A DNA stretch of 63,376 nucleotides, the filler included, from Pirum gemmata (taxonomy: Eukaryota): NCBI GenBank assembly GCA_002812295.1. It is 13 parts of 13 records of this genome, joined end to end, with 100 filler letters (N's around TTAATTAATTAA, not from the genome) between each part and the next. Parts side by side here need not be neighbours in the genome. Positions count along the whole stretch, not along the records: positions 58,572 to 63,376 come from PDIN01001479.1; 12 more parts are not named here. One strand, given 5' to 3'. Every line of letters starts with the position of its first letter. The stretch's first letter is position 1. Positions 61,987 through 63,376 of the stretch are shown here, piece after piece. Position numbers and translations under genes: made by a program. The notes under the pieces were generated by a model. The model saw only the letters and a list, made by a program, of their open reading frames with translations. It was not told the DNA's origin and made no database searches.

Positions 61987-62411
61987 GCTTACAAGGGGAA
62001 CGTAAGGAGATCTTTTCTAAAGTTGTATCAGCCTTGTTAGCTACAGTAGCTTGCTAGCGTTTCCTTGGGTTCTTGATATTACAGATAATAAAATTAGGCC
62101 TTTAGTTAGACAGATTTAACCTGCAGTTTTATACTAGTTTGGCTGTTTTTTTTTTAAGCCGAATAAAACTAGAATTTTTTTTTTAGACTTTTTTTCTAAA
62201 AAATCTTTAGTGATAACTAGCCAAATTATTTTTTAAAACTGGGTTTTGGTTCATAATAGAATTTTCTTAGTTATATAATTTCTCAAAATTTGGTAGCACT
62301 TCAATTAAAATTGGTACTTTTTGAGATTTTTTGGATTTGAGCTCATATTGGCGGATGTCACCATTTTTATCCGGCTTGGTAGTTAAAACCTAACCCTACC
62401 ACTCTAACCCT

Positions 62412-62443
<32 letters not shown>

Positions 62444-62896
62444 CACAAAATTGATTGAGTATTGATAGTTGTATGGTCATATCTTTTTTTAATAGTAGTT
62501 TACAGCGCTTTTCATTTATTTTGTCACCCCGAATATTTATTTGGTTGGTTATAATGTTTTAGTTAACATTTTTTAAATGAATAAAAGGATAATAAAATAT
62601 ACCAAATTAAATAAAATGGTTCTATATTGTACTAATTTGGTACTTTTTATTGATGANNNNNNNNNNNNNNNNNNNNNNNNNNNNNNNNNNNNNNNNNNNN
62701 NNNNNNNNNNNNNNNNNNNNNNNNNNNNNNNNNNNNNNNATATCAATAAAATCATTTTATTATTAACGTTAATTAATTAACTATTATAATCATTTAATTT
62801 TAACAACAATATTTTGTATTTATTATTATATACATTTATATAATAAATATAATATATGTAATATAAATAATTATGTAACAAATGAATACAAAACAG

Positions 62897-63251
62897 GCAA
62901 AACGGGTGTCAGAGTTCTTCTCAATTTCAAACATACGAACTATCAACCTGTTATAGCCTAGTTTTTGTTGATGGTTCCACAGAAATTGCCTCTTTTCAAG
63001 AGCACGATTCTAATTTACTACTCGCTACGAAATTTTCATATTCCAAAAGTAGTGATTGTTATAAAATTAACCAACACATGAATAAAATCACCTTAAGCAC
63101 CTCTGGTGACTGTTATGGTAATTATATTGGTTATTATTCAGACAAAAACGGGAATAAAAAAGCTGCATCCTCTCAAGCTAATAAAATTGTAGGATTGGGG
63201 GTAAATATTTTGATTCTTACCGTTGTCCATGCATTACACACCTTTTTATAA
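62897..63251 (+). CDS. Terminal exon of a probable GPI-anchored/surface protein (not in the ORF track)
   Basis: After CAG at 62894-62896 the frame is open for 117 codons (QNGCQSSSQFQTYELSTCY...AASSQANKIVGLGVNILILTVVHALHTFL*), with 4 Cys, a small-residue omega region and a hydrophobic tail. Confidence 0.65.
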
Positions 63252-63376
63252 TATTATTAATTTAATTATAAGTACTACATAAGTAATTATATATAATTAT
63301 ATAATTATTATATTATATAGCTATAATATCTATAATATAAAATTTAATATACATATATTAATAAATGAATAATAAT

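Noticed and set aside
62769..62780. TTAATTAATTAA as another linker
   Set aside because: Not flanked by the N pattern; expected by chance in AT-rich DNA.

Overview
Very AT-rich eukaryotic draft-assembly sequence (GT-AG introns, TTAGGG repeats, standard code; a unicellular opisthokont is plausible but is only inference). The window is not one locus. It is 13 unlinked scaffolds of about 4.1-7.4 kb joined by artificial N-TTAATTAATTAA-N linkers, so adjacency across linkers means nothing. Coding content: a decayed chromodomain-bearing Ty3/Gypsy pol; an AA5 copper-radical oxidase; a CinA/PncC-like deamidase with a Cys-rich tail; a subtilisin 5' part; a 7-exon pectin-acetylesterase/Notum-like gene; the first exon of FBPase; two secreted intronless lipoxygenase-like genes with atypical metal-ligand positions (one with a single in-frame TGA); a split-RGS protein; a small mitochondrial-type ORF; several partial genes; and an 81-bp BRO-N fragment. 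The standout is an intronless secreted protein at 47937-49301 built as signal peptide - HAD phosphatase - 2 Cys repeats - furin/kexin sites - 2 Cys repeats - Nudix hydrolase. Non-coding DNA is crowded with several MITE families, tiny hairpin elements, a MITE-derived satellite and interstitial telomeric repeats. All family calls come from reading motifs by eye; no searches were run.
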